The position numbers and the translations under genes were made by a program. This document shows, piece after piece, positions 25,870 through 41,040 of a stretch of 64,000 nucleotides of DNA; position 1 is the first letter of the stretch, and each line of letters begins with the position of its first letter. Under the pieces are notes generated by a model. It saw only the letters and a list, made by a program, of their open reading frames with translations. It made no database searches and was not told where the DNA came from. This stretch comes from the human T2T-CHM13v2.0 reference genome, Homo sapiens: assembly GCF_009914755.1 (NCBI RefSeq), contig NC_060944.1; one strand, given 5' to 3'.

Positions 25870-26020
25870 AAACTTCCAGCCGTGTGGTCTTGGACAAGCC
25901 ACTTCACCTCCCTGAGTTCTCATCACCTGTAAATTGATAATAATAAACTCCTAATGAGAACCAAATAAGCTAATGAAGGGGAATTAACATGCAACACCAT
26001 AAAAGTCCTTACAAATGTCA
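25870..26020 (+). mobile_element. MIR SINE
   Basis: tgtggtcttggacaagccacttcacctccctgag..ctgtaaattgataataata. Confidence 0.75.
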
Positions 26021-27489
26021 CTACATAGCAATAGTGTAGGAACCAATATGTCTATATTTTAAATTGTTTGCTGTTGGTATTCAGTTTACACACAGAAACA
26101 CGCAAATGCATGAAAATTACTTTTTAAGGTAACATACAACTCCAGAGGACCTGACTCCCTGAGGACAGCCATGGCTATTAGAACCACCACAGAACTCCAA
26201 TTAATCAGTTCAGATGCCTTCTCCATGGAATGCTTTTCCAGAACCCCCTCTAAGTATCCAGACCTTTTAAATCCCCCTGTCTTTTCCTTTGGCTGCCAAC
26301 TCTAGGATGGGGCACACAACCTGAGAAAGATCTCAAAGATGATGAGAAAAGAGGAAGAAAGAGTGGGTGAAGAAAAGCTGCAGATCAGAGCTCAATATGC
26401 AGCCCTCAATGGTGCACTTTCCCCTCACCTAGAAGCAGTGCAAGTGGTTAATAGCCACTATTCTTGGGGAGCTGGCAATTCTCCACACTCCTCAGGCCAG
26501 TACAGACTAAGCCACTGGAGCAAGGCAGGCCTGTCTTTCTAGGTGACACTGCTGCTGTGCACCGAGACCCCTGGGATGGCTTCCAGAAGTTCATTCTCAC
26601 TGGTTTCAGCACTCATTCTACATTTGCTTCTTCCAAGTTCCTGGCAGCCTGTCTTTACTTCCTTATTAATTCATTCATTTTTGCTGTTGTTTTTGTTGTT
26701 CCGGCTAACAAGACTTAAGAAAAGCCCATTTGATCTTAATTTCGTGTTGCTCATTATCAGTTCTCTTTTAATCGTTTTCTTATGATCTTCATCAAAAAAG
26801 TTACCTGTAAAACCCAGGAAGAAAAGTCCTTCATATCTCCCCGCCCTCCCCTTCTTCTTTCTCTATCTCTTTTGATGACAAAGTGGCAAGCGACTTTCCA
26901 GAGAGCTTTAGGAAATCTAACCAAATGACAAAATAGTTGTGTGATGTCCAATATACTGAATAAATGTCTTACAGAAAAACCTTTAGCAAAAAGCCTGGGG
27001 AGGAAGGTAACGGCATTTTAAAAAATCAGAAGCTCAGAGGAGACAAACACTGCTTGATGAGCACTTGAGATGAATACTACAAGCTAATGCGAGCAATCAG
27101 CAGGTTTGTGGAGAATATGCTGATATCTGCAGAAAAAAAATGCAGTGGCAGAGAAGAGCTTACAGATAAACACAGGAGCTCAAAAATATATATATTATTG
27201 CTAGAAAAACCTTGACATTTTGACCATCTTTTATGTTGCAACTAGAAGGGAAATACAGAGTCCAGTTCTTACAACTGAATATCCTTCTGGTAATGAATTC
27301 ATTCTAAATGTTGTTTCAGAACTCCTCTACATCATGCTTCATCACATAGCAAATTAGCCAGGCAACCCCTCATTAATAAGAATAGTTAACCATAAGAACC
27401 AACAAGAAACATACATTAATAACATTTAAAAATTTAAATCAGGGATTCAACACAGGAAGGTAACTCAATTCAGGATCCATATTTGTTAC

Positions 27490-27767
27490 CTTCTGTTGAG
27501 CATTCTCACTATTGACTCCCTCAGCCTCACTGGGGTTCCAGTTGTCAGCCCCCCTTATTGGCAAAGGAGCTGTCTATTGGACTGTCCAAGTGGTATAGGG
27601 CTCATCTTTTCACGCCTCTCAGGAGCTCCTCTGTGGATGTTTCTTGTAAAGCCTGCATTTCTTTCTTTCCTTCTGCAGAAAGCCTGAACAGTTCAAAACA
27701 CCTCCACTTAAATGTGTGCGCCCATTCACCCATCCCAAATGGCATATAGTCTTTTAGTGAACCTCAG
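27490..27767 (-). other. Candidate 278-nt internal exon of a putative non-coding transcript (splice signals only)
   Basis: Minus-strand acceptor ttttcttttttgttcatttcag and donor AAG|gtaaca; upstream donor TGG|gtgagt at 27900; downstream acceptor at 26805. Confidence 0.3.
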
Positions 27768-28095
27768 CTGAAATGAACAAAAAAGAAAATTTAAGTTCAC
27801 ACCTTCATGCAAAAAAAAAGAAAAAATCATACTTTGTGCTTATAGAGATGGTAATGAAAGATATGATTTAATAGATGTTTATTGGATGTTGACACTCACC
27901 CATCCCAGGATAAGAGTTCTTCAAGGCCTGCTATCCAGTGATCGGTGATCACCTTACCGTTAGTTTATTGGCTCTGACTCGCCAGGTATCAATAATAAAG
28001 CAACAAATATTCTGACCCTCAAGCATGACTCATTTATACTTTTAATTAAGGTTTAACATGGTGAAACAGGTAAATTTGTTTAAAAGTGAACTTGA

Positions 28096-28412
<317 letters not shown>

Positions 28413-28437
28413 TCATTACTGAATCACTAAAAATAAC

Positions 28438-28866
28438 GTGATGGATGCCAGGATACACTGTCTAAATCCCTCACTGAAGAATGTAGACCCCAACCTCCTG
28501 CCGTGATGGGAGTGTTAAGCTGGAGCTACCAGCCTCTATACGGATTGACTTAGCTAAAGAAAGCCCGAGGTTGTATCCGCATTCTAGGTGGCCCACATCT
28601 GATGACCAATCAACCCAGGAGAACAAAGGCCTGGCCCGCTAGTTTCAACTCAGCACAGCTCTGAAAGGTCATGCTAGTTTCAGACTTTCATCAAGTTGAG
28701 TTCTGTCTCCTTTGAGACTGACATACTTTGACTTCAATCCTCTGCCCAGTTTTACTGCCCTCCCTTCCCGTCTAAGGGTGTTGATCTCAAGAGCGCTTCC
28801 TCATTATCTTTCTGCATGCATATCTTCATTTCAGAGTCTGCCTTCTGGAGAACCCAAACTTCAGTA
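28438..28866 (+). mobile_element. LTR16C (ERVL) solo LTR
   Basis: gcccacatctgatgac..aaaggcctggccc..ctctgaaaggtcat..ggtgttgatctcaagagc..tcagagtctgcc..gaaccc. Confidence 0.8.
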
Positions 28867-29535
28867 GCTACTTCAGTTTGTTTTAGACTATTGGCTTAAC
28901 ACACAGAGACCTAGTGAGTTTCTTTATTAGCCCAGGATCTATGAAGAATGTGCTAAATAATACTCTTTCCCTCCAAAAACATCATACAAATTGTTCGTAG
29001 TTTTATCCAGAAAACAGAAGCCTCTTGAGGAGAGAGTAGTGGAGAATGAGTTTGGTAAGAGAAGAGGAGTCTAGAATAAAAATGCCTGTGTAATGAGGGC
29101 AGAAGTGAGACTAGTAGGAAAGTAGACATATGCATAAGATATTTCCTTCAACTACCTAAATAATTGTTGATAACCCTGCCATTTTACTTCCTGCAATGGA
29201 ATGAGGTCTCTACTAATGGCTACCCTTTGGGAGTTCTTATAGTTTTTTTTTAATATGTCCCAGAAAATTTAACCAATGCCCATTTTCTTAAAAAAAAAAT
29301 CTATCCTATTTCTTGCTTGTGTTTCTGTCTAAAAATTACATTGGTGTAAGTGTGGGTGTGAGTGAGGGCATGTGAGGGGGAGGCTTTATTTATATTGTGT
29401 CTTTCAGAGCCTACAGCTACTTCTAATTGAAGCACAATAATAAATATGACTAGATCAAAGAAATGTTAATATTATCTGTGGAGCTTCCTTATTTAGACTT
29501 TGAAACACTCATTAATTTTCTTTGATTCATATTCA

Positions 29536-29896
<361 letters not shown>

Positions 29897-30714
29897 TCAT
29901 AGATAAATTGCAATCTGGATGGAGGAAAGAGGAGGGAATGAAACTTACCCCTAAAGGCAGTTAAATATTTCATAAGGGATGCAGGAGCCATGGGCTTTTT
30001 CACCTTTTACCATTTGTGAAAGCCAGTTTTTCCAGTATTGCAGGAAAAATCACTACACTAGTTAGCATAAAAGGAAAACAGAAGAGAATTTCACCAAGCC
30101 TGTCAACTGAGAGAGTCACTGAAGCCAGCAAAGATTATTCATGTTCAACCTGCAGACCTTTTAGAGGACATCAAAGATCAAAGGTTTACCCAGGAATGTT
30201 TTCCTGGAAAGAGTGTCTTTAATTGTTTTAAAAAAATGTATTGAACAATATGTGTTCTGGAATTGAACTTTGGAATAACTCATCACTATTTTAAATTAGT
30301 GGTCATTCCTCTATTCCTTGTTATTTCCAAGCTTAGTATCTGATTCCTAATTCCAGTAGAGTCCAGAATTAGGCAACTGCTTTTTATGATGTCCTGTTTG
30401 TAGGCTAGCTTTCTGCATCCCACTGCTTCTACTAGATTGACAAGATGAGGCACCTTAGATCCACTGTGGAAGTATATGTACCACATGGGCTTCTATTAAG
30501 GCATGAGTATAGAAAGGGGAAATGGCCCAAACCAGAGAGTTGCACAGAGTTTTGGCATCCACAAACTCAGTGCAGAGGAGGAAGGATTGATCAAATGAGC
30601 TTATTTGGTTCCCTTCTTTTCTCCTTCCTCCCTCTTTCCATCTTTTCTCCCTCTGGCTTTTAACCCTGGTTGTGAAACAAAATTACCAATTCAGTTTTTT
30701 TATTTGCCTTTTTA

Positions 30715-30832
30715 ATGTTTTTAAGAATGCCTGTGCCCAAGCACTGAAACAATTTCTGGGAATGGAGCCTGAACAGCTTTATTTGTAAAAAGCACCACAG
30801 GCAATTCTATAGCAGGGCCAGATTTGAGAAGC
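30715..30832. mobile_element. MER5 fragment
   Basis: aatttctgggaatggagcctg..caggcaattct..atttgagaagcac. Confidence 0.6.
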
Positions 30833-31793
30833 ACAGAGCTCCTCTATCCAAAAGTAAAGCACCAGTGGACAAGAGGACCAAATGGGACGTGCCCAGCTGT
30901 AGGCTCAACCACAAATTGTCATCCATCTCCATTAAGTGATACCACAGAATTTGTATACCACCTCTCAGAGTCATTATTAACTTCCCAAGAATGCCACAGT
31001 GTTCTGAGGGACGCAGATACATGCCACCAACATATGAGAACATTCTTGGTGAAATACGATTTGGGGTTCTTGGTTCTTCTGGGGTTTCTGAAGTCTTTAT
31101 GACACAGCAAAGTCTGTGCTACGGGGACACTATTAACTCCTTAGTAACTGGTTATCTTAGAGTTGCATATTTCTGTTATAAATCTCAACAATTATGATGA
31201 AATAATTTCATAACACATTTCAAAAGTGTCCACCCTTCTTTCCCTTTAGCAGTTCATGTTAATTTTTAAGTAGTGACCCTTTACAATTTCTCACCCAAAT
31301 CTGGCCTTTTGGAAACAGAGCTATAAACGGATACACTGTGGATGGAGTTTTACTGGCAAAAGGCATTTTTTAAAAATTCCCATATGTTCCTTTAAGTGAT
31401 TTTTGTTCTCTGAAACCAAAAAGCATATGTTGAATGATTTTTTCCTCACACTAATATGTCGTTTCAGACCCTTACCAGGTCTCTTAAATCTTTTCACTTT
31501 CTTCTTTTTTCATCTACCTACAAGGCAACTTATGTGTAGTCCATGACTTGATCTCTTTTATTTCCTTTGTATGAGGAGAAATTGTGCCTGGATGGAAAAT
31601 CATGAGTCTTCCTCTCTCTGAGCACTCTTGACTCTCCTGTCTTGGGGCATCATTCTTTGTAATATAGATTTTTTTTTCATGATTTCCCACAGTTGCCATA
31701 GACAGATGCAAAATGAAAAGAGGGTATTGATTCTCTTTCTTTTGTGGGGCATAGACTCTTTCAGATAACTTCAGTTAGAAAAAACAGGATGTA

Positions 31794-31796
<3 letters not shown>

Positions 31797-31834
<38 letters not shown>
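31797..31834. repeat. (GT)19 microsatellite
   Basis: Uninterrupted dinucleotide repeat. Confidence 0.97.
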
Positions 31835-31836
<2 letters not shown>

Positions 31837-32249
31837 CAGTGTTGGTTCTCAACCCTGATTTTTCTTTTGGAGTAAATCAGTGTTGGACCCAAAAAGCAAA
31901 ACCAAATAGAATAAACAAAATGAATAAACTAACAATTACCTAATAGCTAAGAACATGAACTCTGTAATCACATGAGGTCACATAACATGTATAAGTTTGA
32001 AAATACCTATTTGGAAAAATCTGGTGAAAACTTGGTTCTAATTTAGAAGCAGTAGTTCTAATGAGTTTTGTGTATAAGAAATAGGTGTGTCTTAGTCCAT
32101 ATTTTATGACATAGCCATTGTTGTCTAGAGCCTCGTGAAACTCACTTTCCATCATGTCCGCTAAAACCATTCCCTACTTCTTACACCATGTCAGACCTTC
32201 CTTGTGTTGTTCAAGGGATCTTATATTTCTATTTCTAAGTTACAGGTAA

Positions 32250-33000
32250 ATCACGATGCTTGCTGGTATCTCTTCACAGATGTTCCACTGCCACATCAAT
32301 TCAGCATATAACACAGTGAACTGATTACATACTCCCTTAATTTTACTTCCTAGATACTTGTCAACCTGTCTCTCCCCTTCTCTACTTTTAATGCCTTTGT
32401 TTGGATTTTTATAATGTCTCATTTGCTCTATTGCAAATGCTTCTGGCTTAGTTTTTCTGTCTCTAGTCTCTTACCCTCCAAATCTATTCTCCGCCTGTGT
32501 GAGCCATCTGAAAAAGGCAAATTCACTATGATACTTTTTCTTGTCAATTTTTCAGTGTCTCAGTCGCCTTTTTAGCAGAACATATAAGAATTTGGATGGC
32601 CCCACTCTCGACTCGACTTCTCTAGGCAAATCTAACCATCCCTGATTCAGACGCTAGGCTTCTGACTTCTCACACATCTCAGGCTTTTTCCTGCCTCTAC
32701 TCCTGGCTTGCTTCTGCCTCCACCTGGGATGCTGTTTTTTTCTTCTTCAGTTGATTAGTTGGCGTTCATTTTTCAGGACTGAACACAGGTTTCAGCCTTC
32801 CTGTGGGTCTGGGCTTGTTACTTCTTTAACCCTCCAAGGCCTCCTGAAGATTTCTCTGTGCAGCACTTGCCACATTAAATCGTATGGTATTTGTGTCCCA
32901 ACGTACTAATTTTAATGTTGAGAACAGAGCCTTGACAACTTCATCTTACCACCCCTATCATGAAGCTACAAGTATATGCTCAATAAAAACTTTGCAAATG
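32250..33000 (+). mobile_element. L2 LINE 3' region
   Basis: ccctccaaatctattctcc..ccacctgggatgc..gcacttgccaca..atgctcaataaa. Confidence 0.7.
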
Positions 33001-33065
33001 CTTAATCCAGAAGGAAACTTACAGATTAACTAGTAGAATGACTTTATTTCAAAAATTGGGGAACT

Positions 33066-33510
<445 letters not shown>

Positions 33511-33683
33511 ACAATGGGAAACTAACATACAAGAAACTGAAATAACATGTCAGAGGCTAAATGTGAATTTGTAGCTGAGTTGAAACTAGGGCCCAGATAT
33601 CCCCATTGCCTTCTGACACATTTTATTTTGAGTTGTATAATTTGGCGTATTCATGAGAAACATTGTTAATTGGATTATATTAA

Positions 33684-34178
<495 letters not shown>

Positions 34179-34564
34179 GCAATAAAGATGTTTCTATAAG
34201 CCAAACTCATTGTAATTCTGTGTGATACATTAATTCAGATGGTATAAATGTTTGCTAACTAAAATCAATATCCAGAGATGGAATTCAAGAAATGTCATCT
34301 GAGTTGGGAAAAAAATAGTGCAACTGATATTTTGGTACAACTTAGCCATGGCTTAACCCATCTCAATACAGCCACATGATTCTTCTCCTAGCATAGCTAC
34401 TGAGGGAAGAGGAATATAAAGAATTCTCTACTTCTCATACTGGTTACAGGGCATGATATTCTTTAACTTTGTAGATTGCAAGATATAAGCTTGTGTCTTG
34501 GTTATATGTTGCATTATTGTCACAAATTTGTGATAACGTCCTGTATCTTCTCCCTGTTTTACCT

Positions 34565-34985
34565 CTGTGATTAAAATATTTTTCAAACGTGCACTCTCTC
34601 CCTGTCACCTCCATGGGAAGAGCATTTTCTTGCACCATTAAGCCTTGTGCTTGGCCACAGGACATAACTTGGTCAATGGAATGTCAGCAGATATAATGTA
34701 AACACAGGCTTTAAATGCCTTGATCTCTTATGCTTTACCATTGCCATGGAAAGACCTTTCTCTGGGTAGCTGTTATTTCCTCACCCTTGTTCTAGGAGGA
34801 GCACACGTGCAAAGACCTAGACCAACCTGCATCAAGGAGCCGAGCCTAACTAGGCCTCAGATTGAAGCAGTTTCCCAGACAAGCCCAACCCAGATCAACC
34901 AACCACTAAGTGACCCACAGAGGCAAGAATTGATACATTTAAGTCATTGACTTTTGAGTGATTTGTTTTACAGCCAGCTGATTCA
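34565..34985 (+). mobile_element. MLT1 (MLT1I/J-like) MaLR LTR
   Basis: cttggccac..ttggtcaatggaatgtcagcaga..cccagatcaacc..ttaagtcattgacttttgagtgatttgtt. Confidence 0.75.
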
Positions 34986-36588
34986 ACTCCTCCCTAATAG
35001 GCTACTTAATTAAAAAACCTTAAGCCTTTTGCATAATTGATCCTAGGACACTTGCTTCTCCTGCTGGTCTTCACTTCCTTCTCTTTTGCTGCTGTCTTAG
35101 GCTTTTTGAAGTCCTGTTTAACTTTAGATACCTGTGCTTGTGTTCTTTTAAGTTGCTTTTCTTCAATTTCTTTTTCTTTTCTTGCTCCTTTACCTGATCT
35201 GCTACTTCTCCTGGAATCTTTTTCTTTATGTTATATTTTATTTCTGCTTTTATCTTTTGCTGCCCCTCTAAATGTCTTTAATTTATAATTTCTCTCCCCT
35301 TATGTGCCTGATGCTGCTCATTCTGGGCTCTTCTTTTTGTTTCTGCCTCTACCCAATTCTTGTGGGATGATGTCCCAGCTACATCCTGCTGTTCTTTCAC
35401 CTGCTCTATTCCTCCAGAAGCAGAAAGGCAGACTTAACAAATGATCTGAAATCCTCCCCTTGAAAATTCCAATTTGCTTTCTGGCTCCAATGGCCCACCC
35501 ACCCCCAGGTGCTCTGGGATGGAGCTTATTAATTACACTCCCTTCAGACTACCCTGACTTGAACAGAGGGAAGGAAAGAGAGAAAGTCGATAGGGAAGGT
35601 GAGAGAAGGAAGAACTTGGGAATCTTATTAATGGTATCTTTGTTTTCTGAAATGAGAATTGGAGAAAACAAGGCATACGGTGCATTCATTGTTTTAGAAC
35701 TGAGAAACAAGCTCCTATTCGTCTTGCCAAAAATTGCAAATGTGTGTGATTCCTCTCCATTAGCTCACAGCAATATTGGAAATGTATTTGACTAAACTGG
35801 AACACACCATCAGCCCAAGATGCCCAGAGGCAGCTCAATACAGCCATCCATATGCTTCTCTGAGTTAATTTGGAATACAGAGAATTCAGTTTCCAAACTG
35901 TCCCCATGAACATTTGTAAAATCCTGCCCATGTGAGTGGAAGGTGATCTGTACCACCACATGCAAGCTCTCAATAATGCCGGAGGACTGTGTCATGATAG
36001 AATGCAAAGGAACGACGGGAGGTATTGAGACCTGCAACTCTTAACTGCTACTGTTTTCATTGGTTTAAACATATTGCTTTATAGAATTTCTGATTTCTCA
36101 ATGCTTTATTAAAGGATCAGCAGGGGTTAGGCAGTTGTAGTGTAAATTATATAATTGCAGCCACCACAAATGTATATAATGGCCCTTGGTCGCTTACCAG
36201 CCCTCTCAGGGGATACAGATTGACCATAGTTACTCAACTCACAGGCAGGAAGTCCCAGAACATGCTATTACTTCCTTCTATAGCATCATAGTCTGTGCAT
36301 TCTTCTACAGATTATCCCAGGCAATGAATTGCATTTAATATTGCTGTGGGTAATATTTCTTCTTCTGTCTCCCTTTTGCTAGCACTCCTGGAAATAGCTG
36401 AAGCACAGTACAAATACTTACATTGCAAAATTATGTTAAGAATTTCACTTAACGTAAACTGCTCCCTAGCTCATATATCAAACATGAAGTGGGTAGATTG
36501 AACTTCCGTTTGCTGGGCAACCTCAGTATGTTACCCATCTACTTCTCCCACAACCGTTGCCACTTTATCTCTTCCCTTCCTGGACACG

Positions 36589-37023
36589 ATCTTAGTTTCC
36601 TAGAGCACCACAAACTGCAAGGCTTAAAATAACAGAAATGTATTCTCTCAGTTTAGGAGGCCAAAAGTTGAAATCAAGGTGTTGGCAGGGTTGATTCCTT
36701 GCAGAGGCTCTGAGGGAGAATTCATTCCTTGCTTCTCTTCTAGCTTCTGATGGCCGTCGGCAACCCTAGGTGTTCCTGGACTTGTGGCTGTGTAACTCCC
36801 ATCTCCGCCTTAGACTTCACATGGCCCTCTCCTCTGTCTGTTTCTTCTCCTTTTCTTTCTCTTACAGGGGCACTTACCACTGGGTCTAGGATCCATCCAG
36901 AGATGCATCCAGGATGATCTATCTTAGCATAATAACATCTGCAAAGGCCCTTTTTCCAAACACAGCAGCAGTCACAGGTTCCAGGTGGGCATATTATGGG
37001 AGACCACCATTCAACCTACTACA
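36589..37023 (-). mobile_element. MLT1C-like MaLR LTR
   Basis: caccacaaact..aacagaaatgtattctctca..aaatcaaggtgttggcaggg..acatctgcaaag..ccattcaacctactaca. Confidence 0.85.
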
Positions 37024-37334
37024 GGCATCTTGTGTAGGCACCCTGCCTGCAGCTCTCAGTATTCTCTGCATTTACCGTGTGCTTTGGATTTGGAGTTGAC
37101 CAGAAATATCTCCTCACCTCCACTGCAGCCTGTTCTCCAACCTCTAAATCGGTGTTGGCAGTGGAAAACCACTGGACCAGTAAAAATAATTGCGTTTCTG
37201 GCCTGGCTGTGGCCTCATGCAGAAGGCAGAAGAGAAGCCAGATGCTCTTTCTCATTTCAGGCTATTCAGATGACTGGGACTTTCACTGACTCACTTCATC
37301 TTGTGCTTTTCTTTTTATGTCTTTTAGCCAAAAA

Positions 37335-37336
<2 letters not shown>

Positions 37337-37369
<33 letters not shown>
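37337..37369. repeat. Poly(T)33
   Basis: Homopolymer with no adjacent Alu or L1 body. Confidence 0.95.
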
Positions 37370-37371
<2 letters not shown>

Positions 37372-37484
37372 CCCCAGTGAGCAAAGTCCACTCTGCCCTC
37401 TCAGTCTGCCAATACCCATGGATCATGATTGCTATTTTGCAATCCTAAGAGACTCATGTCAGTCTGTACAGCTAAGAGCACACT

Positions 37485-37700
37485 GCTCATTCATGGAGAG
37501 CCTGCTATATGTATGTACCAGACACTGCACATGATGTGAATTGTGCCTTATTTAGTCCTTGTAACAAACCTTTAGGGTAGATAGCAATGCTTCATTTTAC
37601 AGGTGAAATAACTGAGTCTCAAAGAAGTTACCTGCCTCCCCCAAAAAATGCCCAAAGATAACACAATGGCAGAGTCACGATTGGAAGCCTGCCCTCTGAT
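37485..37700 (-). mobile_element. MIR SINE
   Basis: atttagtccttgtaacaaacc..cattttacaggtgaaataactgagtctcaaagaagtta. Confidence 0.8.
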
Positions 37701-39914
37701 TCTGCCACCAAGCTGTGTCCATTGGCATCCAGCTTCCTCTGCACATCATTTAATCACTTGCTAATTTGGCATATATGCTCTGGCCATTTTTTATACCTAT
37801 GGTTTTCTGACCAAGGTTGTTAATAAACACCCTGCATGCTTGCCAAGCACCTACCTGGTGCCTAGTCTATTCTTCTACTTCCAGTTGGTGTGCATGAAGG
37901 ACCCTATAGTTATTTTAGTAGAGTAGGTGCTGGTCACAGTCCCATGGGAGTGAATATGCCAGCTAGCATCCCTCTGATGTTCTCTTGTGATTAATTACCT
38001 GTGACTCTGATTATTCCCTCACTGTGACCCCCTCGGCACTTACATGCTAAGGTTGTGCAGTATTCATTTGTTCTTGTGGAAATACGGCTCTGTAATTGCT
38101 TCTAAACAATTTTATTTATGCATCTGTTGTAGGCAGAGATCTAAATCTAGCAATTTAAGCCATTACTAGATGATGTCTATAAGGCTCCGAGCAAATTCCC
38201 GGGAGCTGGGCACGTAGTGGGGATTGGGCATCCTAGATCAACATGCATTTGTGTGTATGTCTGCATAACAAAGCACCTTTTAATGCAGGTCAGGGCTTTT
38301 TTCTTGTATTTATTCCCTAGTTCTCCATCCTCCTACCACCACCCGGCAACACACATGTTGCAGTACTGCCCACAGGGAGCTAACATAATGGTGACCGACT
38401 GGTGGAGTCGATTTTCATACAGATTTTGAGAAAGAAGCAGATATCCAAGCCACAGCACACTATGGGTTCATTTGCTACCTTAGTAAATAAAACCCGTGGC
38501 TTTAATTCCAAGAGGAGTTAGTCTTGTTTCAAATTATAGAATACAGCCAATACAGCTATAGCATGAGCCATGCCGGCTCATGATTGTTACCTCTTGGCTG
38601 TTGCCCAAATCTGAACATTGTCTTGTCCCCAAGACTTTACTTCTGGCCTGGTTAGAAAAATGTTCTAATCTAATTGTCTGCCTCTATTGCGTCGACTCTT
38701 CTGGGAGATAATGGTCCCTGATGCTGTTCCACATCCTCACTTTTAGCTAACTTTGCATAATGCACATTACATTATCTCTGTCTTCTCCCATTAAGGCCTG
38801 CAAAATCATGGGCGATTGATTAAGGCTGAGACTAGGCTAGAAATTCCTTTTGCAATGAAGCTCTTTCAGGAGTAACATTTTTTAAAAAACATATTCATAG
38901 GACACGTAGCAAAATAAATGAGACTGCAGACCTCCACGTTCTGCGGAAGAAATGCTCTGCTGCCACTAAAGCTTTAGCTATTCATCAGGGGCAATGGAAT
39001 TAGAGTCACAGACGTTCCAATATTGTAAGAGAGAATGAATAGAAACGATGGCTCTGTTGTTTTCTTGTAGTCGTTTTTAAAATGGTCTGTAGAATGTGCC
39101 TCTGGGCAGAAAGGAATGAATGCAAAAAAGAGAAAATTTTACACATTTCTGTTAAACATCTTAGGCTTCTGGCTATAGAAAATAGGACAGCTTCTTTTGA
39201 GAGAAGTGTGTCTAGTGCATTTTCCCATCACTTACTAATAAAACAGGACAGACAGACTGACAGGCTGCCTGAAAAGCAGCCTCACAGTGGAAGGACAGCA
39301 TGATCACACATTTCAGCCTGGGCACGGGAGCCAAGAGACTGTCATTTAATAAGTGGATGAAGAAATCATTTTCCCTGTGGCAAAAAGGGAGAGAAATATT
39401 CAGCTGCATCTCTAGACCTCTATCAGGTTAAAATGAATATGTTAAGAGAATTAAGCTGCACCTCCTTTATTAGTGTGACAGTACCCTGGCTAGTTGGCTA
39501 TATTAAAATGGCAGACACAGTGACCCTGTTGAACTCTTCATGTTGATAGGCAGTCAGAAAATAATGGCTTTATAGTTCTGCATCTGCTCAGATCTTTCCA
39601 GATTTGCTAAAATTTCCAACGTCTTTGTCTACTTATTATGACAGCTTGTTCTCTCCTGATTTGGGTCTTTATTGGCATGTGAGCATGGCAGCATTATATT
39701 TTGGCATGTCTGTGTAATACTGCAGAAATCACCTTACTTCAAACTTATTTCGGTGCCTGTCCTTCCTGCCTTGAAAAAGGTGGATAGCAGTATAATGCTT
39801 AGACATCAAACCTTCATTTTTTCTCTCCCTATGAACTCTAAAATCATTTTAATTGAAACAAGAAGGTTTTTGCCCCCTGCATTAGCATGTGGTGTTTTTT
39901 CTTTGTATCAATCA

Positions 39915-40095
39915 CCACATTAAGAATTTTAAGATATCATCCCATTAAAGCTTTACAATAACCATGAAAGCTATTTATAATGACCTATTCCACTGATAAG
40001 AGGACGGAGGCTTCCAGAAGTTAATCTGGCATAAGGCCACTTGGCTGGGATTCGAATCCAGTCTTTTTTGACTTCGAAATGTTTGTGGTTCCACC
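39915..40095 (-). mobile_element. MIR SINE
   Basis: gataagaggacggaggcttccagaagttaa..gctgggattcgaatccagtc. Confidence 0.7.
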
Positions 40096-40444
40096 CACTC
40101 TAAGGCTGCCTTCACACAGTGGAACTTGCCTCTTAGTGACCCTGTTGAAAAGAATGTAGGAGGGTGGAAAGTCTGACCGTGTTATCTTAAAATTGATAAG
40201 TTGGCTGAATACAGAGGCATAGTGACTGATAATCCAAATGGCATGGATTGCTGACCTGCTGCTGTCATGGCTCAATAGAGCCACTTACTATTTTTGACTG
40301 CACCTTACACCTATGGGAGCAGGTGGTGTGAATGAGAGATGGGAAGAAGGGGTAAACTTTCTTTCTAAAGTAGGATTATATCAATAACCCAGACTCACAG
40401 GTGTAACTTGCTGCTTTTCAGTTGTCCGCAGGAAAACCAGTGTA

Positions 40445-40590
40445 AGTCAGTTCATTCCTGCTGTGTGATCTTGAAAAGTCACCTTAATTACCTTAATTAC
40501 TTCCATATTCTGTTGGAAGAAAAGAAAATGAATGTAAAGCACCTAACGTCATGCCAAACAAATAGGAAACACTCAACAAATGGTAGATTT
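40445..40590 (+). mobile_element. MIR SINE fragment
   Basis: gctgtgtgatcttgaaaagtcacctta..tgtaaagcacct..actcaacaaatggtag. Confidence 0.65.
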
Positions 40591-40719
40591 AGATGATTCT
40601 CTTCTTGTCTGTTATCTATTCTATTATCCATTTGTTATTCCTAGAAGTGAAAATAAGTATTACACCTTTGTTGATAATTTTCTCCCATAACCAGTTCCCC
40701 TGGTTACTCCCATTGCTTG

Positions 40720-41040
40720 CTGTGTTTCCTAGCTTCTAAAACACATATTTTTTTCCACATTTGGAAAATCCTGGAATTGCAATTCATTTTATAATTGGAG
40801 TAAAGGGAAGCATGCCAGCTCTCCAGAATGGCATCACCTGTGAAGGTGTGCTCCAAGCCACATGTTCAAGGTATCTCTTCTTCTGATTGTCAACTCAGGT
40901 GAGCTATTTGCATTGGCAATACCACATACATCTAAATTTTAACTTAAATTGGAATCACTACCTATTGCTCAATATACCACATGCCCTGTTACAATAAAAA
41001 AGTATTGTATACAAAAAGGATTGTCATGGGAGTGAAAATC
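40720..41040 (+). mobile_element. Kanga-like (TcMar-Tc2) DNA transposon 5' remnant
   Basis: ttctaaaacacatattttttt..cacatttg..gagctatttgcattgg..aaaagtattgtatacaaaaagg. Confidence 0.45.

Noticed and set aside
35768-36037. Plus-strand frame broken only by TGA codons, opposite a 75-aa minus-strand ORF
   Set aside because: No recognisable homology or convincing exon boundaries. A tblastn hit would be needed to call a pseudogene.
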